Shown here piece by piece: positions 7,521-15,096 of a stretch of 32,000 nt of DNA. Both the position numbers and the translations under genes were made by a program. Position 1 is the stretch's first letter; each line of letters starts with the position of its first letter. The notes below the pieces were generated by a model that was given only the letters and a program-made list of their open reading frames with translations, was not told the origin of the DNA and made no database searches. The DNA comes from Edaphobacter aggregans (lineage in GTDB: Bacteria; Acidobacteriota; Terriglobia; Terriglobales; Acidobacteriaceae): NCBI RefSeq assembly GCF_003945235.1, contig NZ_RSDW01000001.1, positions 4,530,001-4,562,000 on the forward strand, written 5' to 3'.

Positions 7521-8669
7521 ATGCGGAAGATTGGCATCATCATGAATGGCGTTACGGGGCGGATGGGGACGAATCAGCATCTGGGGCGGTCTATTGCGGC
7601 GATTCGGCAGCGAGGTGGGCTGACGTTGCGGGATGGGTCGGTGGTAATGCCGGATCCTGTGCTGGTTGGGCGGAATGGCGCGAAGCTGGAGGAGTTGGCC
7701 AAGGCTTGGAGTGTGGATCGGTGGAGTACTGATCTGGATGCTTGTTTGGCTGATCCGCAGAACGTGATTTATTTCGATGCGCAGTCGACTTTGCTACGGG
7801 CGGCTAGCGTGCGGGCGGCGCTGGCGGCGGGGAAACATGTTTATTGCGAGAAGCCGCTGGCGGGGACGCTGGAGGATAGTCTTGCGCTGGCGCGTGAGGC
7901 TGCGAAGGTCGGGGTGAAGAATGGGGTGGTGCAGGACAAGTTGTTTCTGCCGGGAATTTTGAAGCTGAAGCAGGTGATTGCGAGTGGATTTTTGGGGAAG
8001 GTGCTGTCGGTGCGCGGGGAGTTTGGGTATTGGGTGTTTGAAGGGCCGATGCCGCCGGCGCAGAGGCCTTCGTGGAACTACAGGAAGGAAGATGGGGGCG
8101 GGATCATTCTCGATATGTTTCCGCACTGGCAGTATGTGCTGGAGAATTTGTTTGGGCGAGTGACGGCGGTGAGTTGCATCGGCAGGACTACGATTCCTGA
8201 ACGTGTGGATGAGGTGGGTAAGACGTATGCGTGCACGGCGGATGATGCTGCTTATGCGACGTTCGAGATTGAGGGCGGGGTTGTGGCGCATATCAACTCT
8301 TCGTGGGCGACGCGAGTGAATCGCGAGGATTTGCTGATTTTGCAGGTGGATGGGACTGAGGGGAGCGCGGCCGTAGGGTTGCGGGAGTGCAAGGTGCAGT
8401 CACGGGTTACGACTCCGAAGGCGGTTTGGAATCCGGATATTTCGAATCCGATTGATTTTCTTGCGGGGTGGCAGACGGTTCCGACTACGACGACGATCGA
8501 TAATGCGTTCAAGATTCAGTGGGAGATGTTTTTGCGGCATGTGCTGGAGGGCGCTCCGTTTCCGCATGGATTTTTGGAGGCTGCGAAGGGCGTGCAACTG
8601 GCTGAGGTGGGGCTGCAGTCGTGGGCGGAGCGGCGATGGGTTGATGTTCCTGCGCTGACTGCGAGCTAG
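7521..8669 (+). CDS. Gfo/Idh/MocA family NAD(P)-dependent oxidoreductase.
   Basis: N-terminal Rossmann segment KIGIIMNGVTGRMG, the family EKP motif (VYCEKPLAG) and a C-terminal alpha/beta domain. RBS GAAGGGGGAAG lies upstream. Confidence 0.88.
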   Translation: MRKIGIIMNGVTGRMGTNQHLGRSIAAIRQRGGLTLRDGSVVMPDPVLVGRNGAKLEELAKAWSVDRWSTDLDACLADPQNVIYFDAQSTLLRAASVRAALAAGKHVYCEKPLAGTLEDSLALAREAAKVGVKNGVVQDKLFLPGILKLKQVIASGFLGKVLSVRGEFGYWVFEGPMPPAQRPSWNYRKEDGGGIILDMFPHWQYVLENLFGRVTAVSCIGRTTIPERVDEVGKTYACTADDAAYATFEIEGGVVAHINSSWATRVNREDLLILQVDGTEGSAAVGLRECKVQSRVTTPKAVWNPDISNPIDFLAGWQTVPTTTTIDNAFKIQWEMFLRHVLEGAPFPHGFLEAAKGVQLAEVGLQSWAERRWVDVPALTAS

Positions 8670-8698
8670 TTTTTGATTATGTAACTTTTTGGGAACAA

Positions 8699-9856
8699 AT
8701 GGTGATGATGCGGATTCGATTGCCTCTTGGGGATGGATTGACGGAGTACACGTTGAACGAAGCCGGGCCGCTGGCGGTGGTTGCTGGGCCACCTCCGGCT
8801 TCGCGAGTGGCTTATGCGGCGGCGCACGTTGTGGTTGATTCGCTGCGGTCGACTCCGTTTACCAAGCCGGTGCTGGATATGGAGGCGACGATGGCGTTTC
8901 GGCGTCATCTTTGGTCGCTTGGGTTTGGCGTGGCTGAGGTGATGGATACAGCGCAGCGGGGGATGGGGCTGGATTGGCAGACGGCAAAGGAGTTGGTGCG
9001 GGTCTCGGCTGCTGAGGCTGGGGGGGCAATTGCGTGTGGGGCTAATACGGATCAGCTTGATCCGCAGCAGGCGGCAACGATTGATGAGGTGATTGCGGCG
9101 TATGAGGAGCAGTGCGAGACGATTGAGGCGGCGGGTGGTCGGGTGATTCTGATGGCGAGTCGTGCGCTGGTGAAATGCGCGAAGGGGCCGGAGGAATATC
9201 AGAGAGTGTATGGGCGGTTACTGTCGAATCTGTCGCAGCCTGCGATTCTGCATTGGCTAGGGGAGGCATTCGATCCTCAGTTGAAGGGATATTGGGGTGG
9301 CGGCAGTGTGGATGAGGCGATGGGGGTTTGTCTCGATGTGATTTGGGAGAATCGAACGAAGGTGGATGGGGTCAAGATATCGCTGCTGGATAAGTCGCGT
9401 GAGATTGCGATGCGGCGGCTGTTGCCTGCGGGCGTGCGGATGTACACGGGGGATGATTTTGATTATGCGGAGTTGATTCGGGGGGATGAGGTGGGGCATA
9501 GCGATGCTCTGCTGGGGATCTTTGATGGGATTGCTCCGGCGGCGACGCTAGCGCTGCAGGCACTGGATGCGGGGGATCTGGTGCGGTATGAGGAGTTGTT
9601 GGGGCCGACGGTTCCGCTGTCGCGGCATATCTTTCAGGCGCCTACGTTTTATTACAAGACGGGGCTGGTGTTTCTGGCTTTTTTGAATGGGCATCAGGGG
9701 CACTTCAGGATGTTGCAGGGGCAGGAGAGCGCTCGGTCGATTGTGCATCTGGCGGAGTTGTTTGTGCTGGCGGATAAGGCTCGATTGTTGAGTGATCCGG
9801 AGTTGGCGGTAAGACGGATGAGGCTGGTGCTGGAGTTGGCGGGAGTTGTCGCGTGA
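8699..9856 (+). CDS. DUF993-like protein, an uncharacterised family of about 380 aa.
   Basis: From memory, the length and motifs RVAYAAAHVV...ATMAFRRHLWSLGFGVAEVMDTAQRGMGLDW fit DUF993 proteins, which sit beside Gfo/Idh/MocA and xylose-isomerase-like TIM-barrel genes. Not verified by search. The start among M1/M3/M4 is ambiguous. Confidence 0.7.
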   Translation: MVMMRIRLPLGDGLTEYTLNEAGPLAVVAGPPPASRVAYAAAHVVVDSLRSTPFTKPVLDMEATMAFRRHLWSLGFGVAEVMDTAQRGMGLDWQTAKELVRVSAAEAGGAIACGANTDQLDPQQAATIDEVIAAYEEQCETIEAAGGRVILMASRALVKCAKGPEEYQRVYGRLLSNLSQPAILHWLGEAFDPQLKGYWGGGSVDEAMGVCLDVIWENRTKVDGVKISLLDKSREIAMRRLLPAGVRMYTGDDFDYAELIRGDEVGHSDALLGIFDGIAPAATLALQALDAGDLVRYEELLGPTVPLSRHIFQAPTFYYKTGLVFLAFLNGHQGHFRMLQGQESARSIVHLAELFVLADKARLLSDPELAVRRMRLVLELAGVVA

Positions 9857-10665
9857 TGAATGATCTTTCGCGATTGAGCTTTAACCAGATGACGTCGGGG
9901 AAGTGTGGGTTGGGCGAGGTGGTGGACGCTTGTGTGCGGCGTGGGGTCCCGTGGATTGGGCCGTGGCGTCATGCAATGGGGGATGCGCCCGCTGAGGCTG
10001 GGCGATTGATTCGAGAGGCGGGGCTGTGGGTTTCGAGTCTCTGCCGGGGTGGGATGTTTCCGGGAGCTTCGGCGGAGGAGCGGCGACGGAGGATTGAGGA
10101 TAATCTGCGGGCGATCGATGAGGCGGCCGCGGTGGGGACGGATCTGCTCGTGCTGGTGAATGGGCCGGCTCCTGGGCGGGATATTGATGGCGCTCGGCAG
10201 ATGGTGGTGGATGGGATTGGGGAGATTGTTGGGTACGCGGAACAGTGTGGGGTGAGGTTGGGTGTGGAACCGCTGCATCCGATGTTTGCCGCGGACAGGT
10301 CGGTGGTGGTGACGATGGGGGAGGCGAACGGGATTGCGGAACGGTTCGATTCGCCGTGGGTTGGGGTGGTGGTGGATGTGTATCACGTGTGGTGGGACCC
10401 GACGGTGTATATGGAGATTGCGCGGGCGGGGAAGAGGATCTTCGCGTTTCATGTGTCGGACTGGATTGTTCCGACGCCGGATATTTTGATGGGGCGGGGG
10501 ATGATGGGCGATGGCGTGATTGAGATTCGGCGGTTGCGGAAGGCGGTAGAGGCGGCTGGGTATGAGGGGCCGATTGAGGTGGAGATTTTTAACGAGGCGC
10601 TTTGGGCGAGGCCGGTGGATGAGGTAGTTGGTCTGGTGGCGGAGCGGTTTCTGGAGTTTGTTTAG
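9853..10665 (+). CDS. Sugar phosphate isomerase/epimerase (xylose isomerase-like / AP endonuclease 2 TIM barrel).
   Basis: Motifs LGVEPLHP, VGVVVDVYHVWWD and FAFHVSDW are typical of the family. The start GTG 9853 / ATG 9856 overlaps the upstream stop TGA 9854-9856. Confidence 0.85.
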   Translation: MMNDLSRLSFNQMTSGKCGLGEVVDACVRRGVPWIGPWRHAMGDAPAEAGRLIREAGLWVSSLCRGGMFPGASAEERRRRIEDNLRAIDEAAAVGTDLLVLVNGPAPGRDIDGARQMVVDGIGEIVGYAEQCGVRLGVEPLHPMFAADRSVVVTMGEANGIAERFDSPWVGVVVDVYHVWWDPTVYMEIARAGKRIFAFHVSDWIVPTPDILMGRGMMGDGVIEIRRLRKAVEAAGYEGPIEVEIFNEALWARPVDEVVGLVAERFLEFV

Positions 10666-10822
10666 TTTTCGAGGGGCGAGCGGGAGAGCGGAACGATGGC
10701 TTGAGGTTCGGCCTATAATTGCCCGGCTGAAGCCACCTGATGGCCGGCGTTCGACTAACCGATGGGGACTTATACGACGAGACAGGCATTTGATTCCAGA
10801 TGACTGTTGAGAGGAGTGATTG

Positions 10823-11999
10823 ATGTTCCTTCGCAAGGTTCTCGCAATCGCGCTTCTGGTTTCGGTGGGAAGTCTCTGGTCGGGGACTGCGGCGAGTGCT
10901 CAGGCGATGCCTACGCCGGATCAGTTGAAACAACTGTTGGCTCCGGTGGCATTGTTTCCGGATGCATTGTTGGCACAGATATGCGCGGCTTCGACGGACC
11001 CGCAACAGATTCTTGATGCTCAGGACTGGTTGCATCGCAACAGCAATTTGCAGCAGGCGGCGTTGACGGATGCTGCTCAGCGGGAGGGGTTCGATCCGGC
11101 GTTCGTCTCGTTGATGAGCTTTCCTACCGTGCTGGATATGATGGCGACGAATATCGATGATTATGCGGCGCTGGGGGTGGCGTTCAAGGCTGATCAGCCA
11201 GCGGTGATGTCGGCGATTCAGACGCTGCGGCAGGATTGCGTATTCGAGGGGCGTGCTCGACAGCAATGAGTATCAAACGGTTTCGGTGCAGCAGCAAGGC
11301 AACGTGCAGGTTGTGGTGGTGCAGCCGACGAATCCCCAGGTGGTGTTTGTTCCGCAGTATCAGCCGCAGCAGGTGTGGTCGAGCGGACCGAGCACGGGCG
11401 ACGTGGTGGCGGCGTCGATGTTGAGCTTTGGGGCGGGGATCGCGCTGGGTGCTTTGATGAACAATAATCAGCCGTGGGGTTGGGGTGGATGGGGTTGGGG
11501 ATGGGGCGGACGGGGGATGGTCGTTCATAACAATGTGTGGGTCGTGAACAATCGCTGGAGGAGTCCCGGAATAACTGGCGGCCCGCGCCACCCAGGTGGG
11601 ATCCTCCGATCTATGCGAGGCCACCTGGGAACTGGAATCAGCGGCCTGGGATATCGACCGCCGCCGCCGGGATGGAGACCCAATGGACCGAACAATCGAC
11701 CTCCCGGAGGGGGTAATGTCGGCAATAACAGGCCGCCCCCCGGAAATATTGGCGGGAATCGTCCGGGAGGAGGTGGTGAAAACAACAGGCCCGGAGGGAC
11801 GGGTCCGACTTGGAATCCGGGGGGTAACAACAGGCCCGGGGGCAACAATCCGAGTTGGAATACGGGACCCAACTGGCTTGGAGGTGGCACAGGGAACAAT
11901 CCTGGGGGGAACACAGGAGGGAATAGACCAAGAGGGACCAATCCTGGGACTCCCGGAGGCAACAGGCCGGGTGGGAACGTGAGATACGAAGGAGGGTGA
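10823..11999 (+). pseudogene. DUF3300 family secreted protein, disrupted by a +1 frame change near 11230-11252.
   Basis: The signal peptide MFLRKVLAIALLVSVGSLWSGTAASAQA and the DUF3300 signature LLAPVALFPDALLAQICAASTDPQQILDAQDWL lie in the frame of 10823. That frame stops at 11267-11269. The family-typical continuation AYSRGVLDSNEYQTVSVQQQGNVQVVVVQPTNPQVVFVPQYQP is open in the next frame from about 11235. Confidence 0.75.
11476..11516 (+). repeat. Dense G-run tract (potential G-quadruplex) encoding a (W-G)n repeat.
   Basis: G4, G4, G2, G4, G4, G4, G2 and G5 runs are separated by 1-3 nt (gggg tt gggg t gg at gggg tt gggg at gggg c gg ac ggggg). They translate to PWGWGGWGWGWGGRG. Confidence 0.8.
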
Positions 12000-12330
12000 G
12001 GCGGAGAGTCCGGCGGGTGTCCTGATTGCTCAAGCGGAGAGCGAGGGATATGAGACCGACAAGCCGACGCCATTTCATGGGTACTACCGGATATTGAAGG
12101 CGCAGGGGCCTCATGCTCCGGGTGGCGCGAAGGAGTATGTGAAGGATGGGAAGATGACAGGCGGGTTCGCTATTCTTGCTTATCCGGCGGAGTATCGGGC
12201 GAGCGGAGTGATGACGTTCATCGTTGGGCGGCGTGGGACTGTGTATCAGAAGGACTTGGGGGACGGAACTGCGGAAGTGGTCAAGGGGATGGCTTACGAT
12301 CCGGACAGCTCATGGAAGGCGGTCCGTTGA
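11983..12330 (+). pseudogene. DUF2950 family protein. Only the C-terminal roughly 115 codons remain; the N-terminus and signal peptide are missing.
   Basis: The frame opens directly after an in-frame TGA (11980-11982). It reads DTKEGEAESPAGVLIAQAESEGY..KPTPFHGYYRILKAQGPHAPGGAKEYVKDGKMTGGFAILAYPAEYRASGVMTFIVGRRGTVYQKDLG...YDPDSSWKAV, which matches the C-terminal third of DUF2950 as I recall it. There is no ATG or GTG; the only start candidate is the TTG at 12094. Confidence 0.7.
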
Positions 12331-12415
12331 GAAAGGTGTGCGGATTGGCTATGGATGAAAGGTCTGTAAACCGCCGCGGTGTGCAATTTGTGGGTAGGCG
12401 TTTTACCATATAAAG

Positions 12416-13591
12416 ATGAGTGAAGTAATGGAGCAGGAAGTTAAGGCTACGGTGGGTCACGCCCAAAAGTACACGCGTAACAATCCATATATGTCCCACG
12501 TCCGGGAGAATTACCTGTTGACGGGAGAGGGCTCGGAGAAAGAGACACGTCACATCGAGCTGACGCTGGATGAGAGTATGACGTACACCCCTGGGGATGC
12601 TGTCGGGATCATTCCGGAGAACCGGTCTGAGGCGGTGGCGGGTGTGCTGAAGGCTCTGGGCTATAAGGGCGATGAGCGCGTGCTGGACCACTACAAGGTC
12701 GAGATCAGCCTGGAAGAGGCGCTGCGGACGCGGCTGGGGATTGGCAAGCTGGCTCGAGGAGCCGTGGGGCAGTATGCAAAACTGGCTCCTGACGTTGCGG
12801 GGCTCAAGGTGATGGTTGGGCCGGATAACAAGGCTCGGGCGGAAGAGTATTGCTGGGGACGGGAGTTTGTGGACTTGGCGACGGATTTTCCGGGTGTCAT
12901 TACCGATCCACAGCAGTTGTTTCATGTGTTGCAGCGGTTGACGCCGCGGATGTACTCGATCGCGTCGAGCCAGGCGATGCACCAGGACAATGTGCAAACG
13001 ACGGTGCGGGTGATCCGGTATGAGTCGCATGGGCGCGAACGGCAGGGTTTGGCGAGCGGCCATCTGGGCGACCGCGCGGGTGTGGGGACGACGATGCCGA
13101 TCTTCCTGCACTCGAATACGAGCTTCAGGCTGCCGGAGGATAAGACCGCTCCAGTCATCATGATTGGGCCGGGGACGGGGATTGCGCCGTTCCGTGCGTT
13201 TCTTGAGGAGCGTCAGGCTACGGGGCAGACGGGCGATAACTGGTTGTTCTTCGGCGAGCAGAGAGAGAAGATGGACTTTCTGTACAAGGAGCAGTTGCAG
13301 GGAATGCACAGGGACGGCGTGCTGACGCATCTGGATACGGCGTTCTCGCGCGATCAGGCGCAGAAGGTCTATGTTCAGGACAAGATGCAGGAGAAGTCGA
13401 AGGAGCTGTTTTCGTGGCTGGAGCGCGGGGCTTATTTTTACGTGTGTGGTGACGCTACGCGCATGGCGAAGGATGTGGAGACGGCTCTACTGGACGTGAT
13501 TGCGAGGGGTTCGAATGGGACTCTGGAGCACGCGGCTGAGTATCTGGCTGCAATGAAGAAGCAGAAGCGATATCAGCGGGATGTTTATTAA
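12416..13591 (+). CDS. CysJ / NADPH-cytochrome P450 reductase-like FAD/NADPH-binding protein that lacks the flavodoxin (FMN) domain.
   Basis: Motifs RMYSIASS (FAD), GPGTGIAPFRAF and YVCGD (NADPH), and the C-terminal KRYQRDVY are as in the CysJ C-terminal module. The protein begins at the FAD beta-barrel (YTRNNPYMSHVRENYLLTGEGSEKETRHIEL). Confidence 0.85.
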   Translation: MSEVMEQEVKATVGHAQKYTRNNPYMSHVRENYLLTGEGSEKETRHIELTLDESMTYTPGDAVGIIPENRSEAVAGVLKALGYKGDERVLDHYKVEISLEEALRTRLGIGKLARGAVGQYAKLAPDVAGLKVMVGPDNKARAEEYCWGREFVDLATDFPGVITDPQQLFHVLQRLTPRMYSIASSQAMHQDNVQTTVRVIRYESHGRERQGLASGHLGDRAGVGTTMPIFLHSNTSFRLPEDKTAPVIMIGPGTGIAPFRAFLEERQATGQTGDNWLFFGEQREKMDFLYKEQLQGMHRDGVLTHLDTAFSRDQAQKVYVQDKMQEKSKELFSWLERGAYFYVCGDATRMAKDVETALLDVIARGSNGTLEHAAEYLAAMKKQKRYQRDVY

Positions 13592-13631
13592 TCAATAACT
13601 TAAAAGGATAAACGACATTTGTTGTAAAAAT

Positions 13632-13664
13632 ATGCGTCCGGCTGAGGCTGGGCGCATCTCTTTT
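13632..13664 (+). terminator. Rho-independent terminator.
   Basis: atgcgtccggc (13632-13642), loop tgag, gctgggcgcat (13647-13657) form an 11-bp stem with 2 G-U pairs. ctctttt follows. Confidence 0.6.
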
Positions 13665-13699
13665 AAGGACTAGATTGGTTTGGTCAAAAGGAGACTGTC

Positions 13700-14329
13700 A
13701 TGAATGTAGTCGTATATGGAGCTACCGGGAACTCCGGCAGTGAGATTGTGAAGGAACTGATTTCGCGTGGTCATAAGGTGACTGGTGTAGCTCGGAAGGT
13801 GGATTCGCTGAAGGACAAGCCGGGTGTGACGGCGAAGACGGATGATCTTTCGAATGTGGATGCTATTGTGGCAATTATTAAGGGTGCGGATGCAGTGGTG
13901 ACGGCTTATCAGCCTCCGTCGGACAACACGGATGCCTTGATTGACGTGACAAAACGGCAGATTGAGGCGGTGAAGAAGGCAGGCGGGACTCGGTTAGTGG
14001 TGGTTGGTGGAGCTGGTTTATTGGAGGTAGCTCCTGGTGTAACGCTGATCAAGTCTGGTTACTTGCCGGCAGAGTATTTGCCGATTGCTACCTCGCATGA
14101 GAAGGCGCTGGCGGTTCTCAAGACGTCGGACATCGACTGGACCTATCTGAGCCCGGGGGCTTACTTTGTGCCGGGGGAGCGGACGGGCAAATTCCGGTTG
14201 GGAACGAAGGAGCTGGTGTCGGATGCCAAGGGTGAGAGCAGGATTTCGTATGCGGACTATGCGATTGCTCTGGTGGATGAACTGGAGAAGCCGGCGCATC
14301 GGAAGGGTTCGTTCTCGGTTGGGTATTGA
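13700..14329 (+). CDS. NAD(P)H-binding (atypical SDR / NmrA-like) oxidoreductase.
   Basis: N-terminal Rossmann motif VVVYGATGNSGSEIVKELISRGHKV, a length of about 209 aa and RBS AAAGGAG upstream. Confidence 0.85.
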   Translation: MNVVVYGATGNSGSEIVKELISRGHKVTGVARKVDSLKDKPGVTAKTDDLSNVDAIVAIIKGADAVVTAYQPPSDNTDALIDVTKRQIEAVKKAGGTRLVVVGGAGLLEVAPGVTLIKSGYLPAEYLPIATSHEKALAVLKTSDIDWTYLSPGAYFVPGERTGKFRLGTKELVSDAKGESRISYADYAIALVDELEKPAHRKGSFSVGY

Positions 14330-14346
14330 GTGGTTTGTTGTGAGGG

Positions 14347-14376
14347 AAGGCGGCCTTTGGGCCGCCTTTTTCGTTT
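14347..14376 (+). terminator. Rho-independent terminator.
   Basis: aaggcggcc (14347-14355), loop tttg, ggccgcctt (14360-14368), followed by ttttcgttt. Confidence 0.8.
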
Positions 14377-14379
14377 GGT

Positions 14380-14470
14380 TCGGAATTGTAATTGCAACGG
14401 CAAAAGCAGATCCCCCTTCGGCTTCGCTCAGGGCAGGCTCTTTGGGGATGCAAGTAAGAGGACAAATGCG
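14380..14470. repeat. Candidate copy of a dispersed intergenic element. One frame reads PFGFAQGRLFGD...
   Basis: This is non-coding sequence between convergent genes: gcaacggcaaaagcagatcccccttcggcttcgctcagggcaggctctttggggatgcaagtaagaggacaaatgcgaat. From memory it resembles intergenic elements in Acidobacteria that translate to FAQGRL-type pseudo-peptides. There is only one copy in this window, so repetitiveness is unverified. Confidence 0.3.
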
Positions 14471-14472
14471 AA

Positions 14473-14913
14473 TCAGACGCGGTAGTTGTCGGCGCGCCAG
14501 TTGGTGATGTTCTGCTTGATGGCTTTTGGTTCGAGGCCCTGGGTGATGGTCTTGTGGACGAGACCGGGAAGCTCGCTGTCGCAGGCGAAGCGGAGGGCGA
14601 TGATTTGCTTGATATCGAGCTCGCTGATGTGGGCGAGGTCGGCGGAAGAAAGAAGCGAGCTCAGCCGAAGGTTTTCTTCGAGGCGGATGATACGGTCCTG
14701 GACTTTAAGGTCGTTGATGCGGGTCTTCAAGGCGAGAACGAGGAGGGCGGCTGAGACGACGATCCACCAGAGTAGAAGGGCGCGGTGCTCGGGCCAATGA
14801 TGGATGATGAGGTAGATGGAGATGAAGAAATTAAACCCAAGGACGGGGAGCACGAAAAAGTGAAAGGGAGGATCGACGCGGCCGTGATTTTTGAAGTTCT
14901 GCGGTGCGGGCAT
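14473..14913 (-). CDS. Small membrane protein with two N-terminal TM helices and a C-terminal helical domain. DUF6526-like.
   Basis: The sequence NFKNHGRVDPPFHFFVLPVLGFNFFISIYLII...LLLWWIVVSAALLVLAL is followed by QDRIIRLEENLR...IIALRFACDSEL. The family name is from memory and not verified. Confidence 0.7.
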   Translation of the reverse strand: MPAPQNFKNHGRVDPPFHFFVLPVLGFNFFISIYLIIHHWPEHRALLLWWIVVSAALLVLALKTRINDLKVQDRIIRLEENLRLSSLLSSADLAHISELDIKQIIALRFACDSELPGLVHKTITQGLEPKAIKQNITNWRADNYRV

Positions 14914-15096
14914 GATGATTCCTTTCGCGGATTGCTAGGGTGAGTTTACTCCGGGTTTTGTTTGGCGAACTGGACTTTGGACGGGATTCACTTCACCGAG
15001 TATTGTTGCCAGAACGCGTGACGACACGATAGTGGGTGCGACGCAGGCAATTACCGGCGGAATGGCCGGCGGTTGCTGTTGGTGGAACGTGTACGG

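Noticed and set aside
7332-7580. An 83-codon N-terminal extension of the rpsA ORF that overlaps the start of the divergent Gfo/Idh/MocA gene.
   Set aside because: The extension has no S1-like sequence and would remove the shared promoter region. The ATG at 7331 gives a normal S1 N-terminus (acidic, Thr/Pro-rich, then the first S1 domain).
9694-10836. A 380-aa ORF antisense to the TIM-barrel isomerase gene. Similar long antisense ORFs occur at 12281-13330, 15934-16797, 23772-24656, 28952-29662 and 3255-3848.
   Set aside because: The same signature applies: R/P/H-rich composition, complete overlap with well-supported sense genes, and no domain motifs. They are treated as GC-driven artefacts.
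11225-11260. Programmed ribosomal frameshifting as an explanation for the DUF3300 split, and likewise for 17335-17420 in paralog B.
   Set aside because: There is no slippery heptamer (X XXY YYZ), no rare or stop codon +1 context such as CUU UGA C, and no downstream pseudoknot or hairpin evident at either site. A simple indel is more parsimonious.
11549-11716. An alternative frame inside the DUF3300 tail reads NNWRPAPPRWDPPIYARPPGNWNQRPG, which looks protein-like and could imply two further compensating frameshifts.
   Set aside because: The region is G/P/N/R/W low-complexity, where several frames look plausible. The alternative frame is open for only 56 codons. Without ortholog alignment there is no basis for preferring it.
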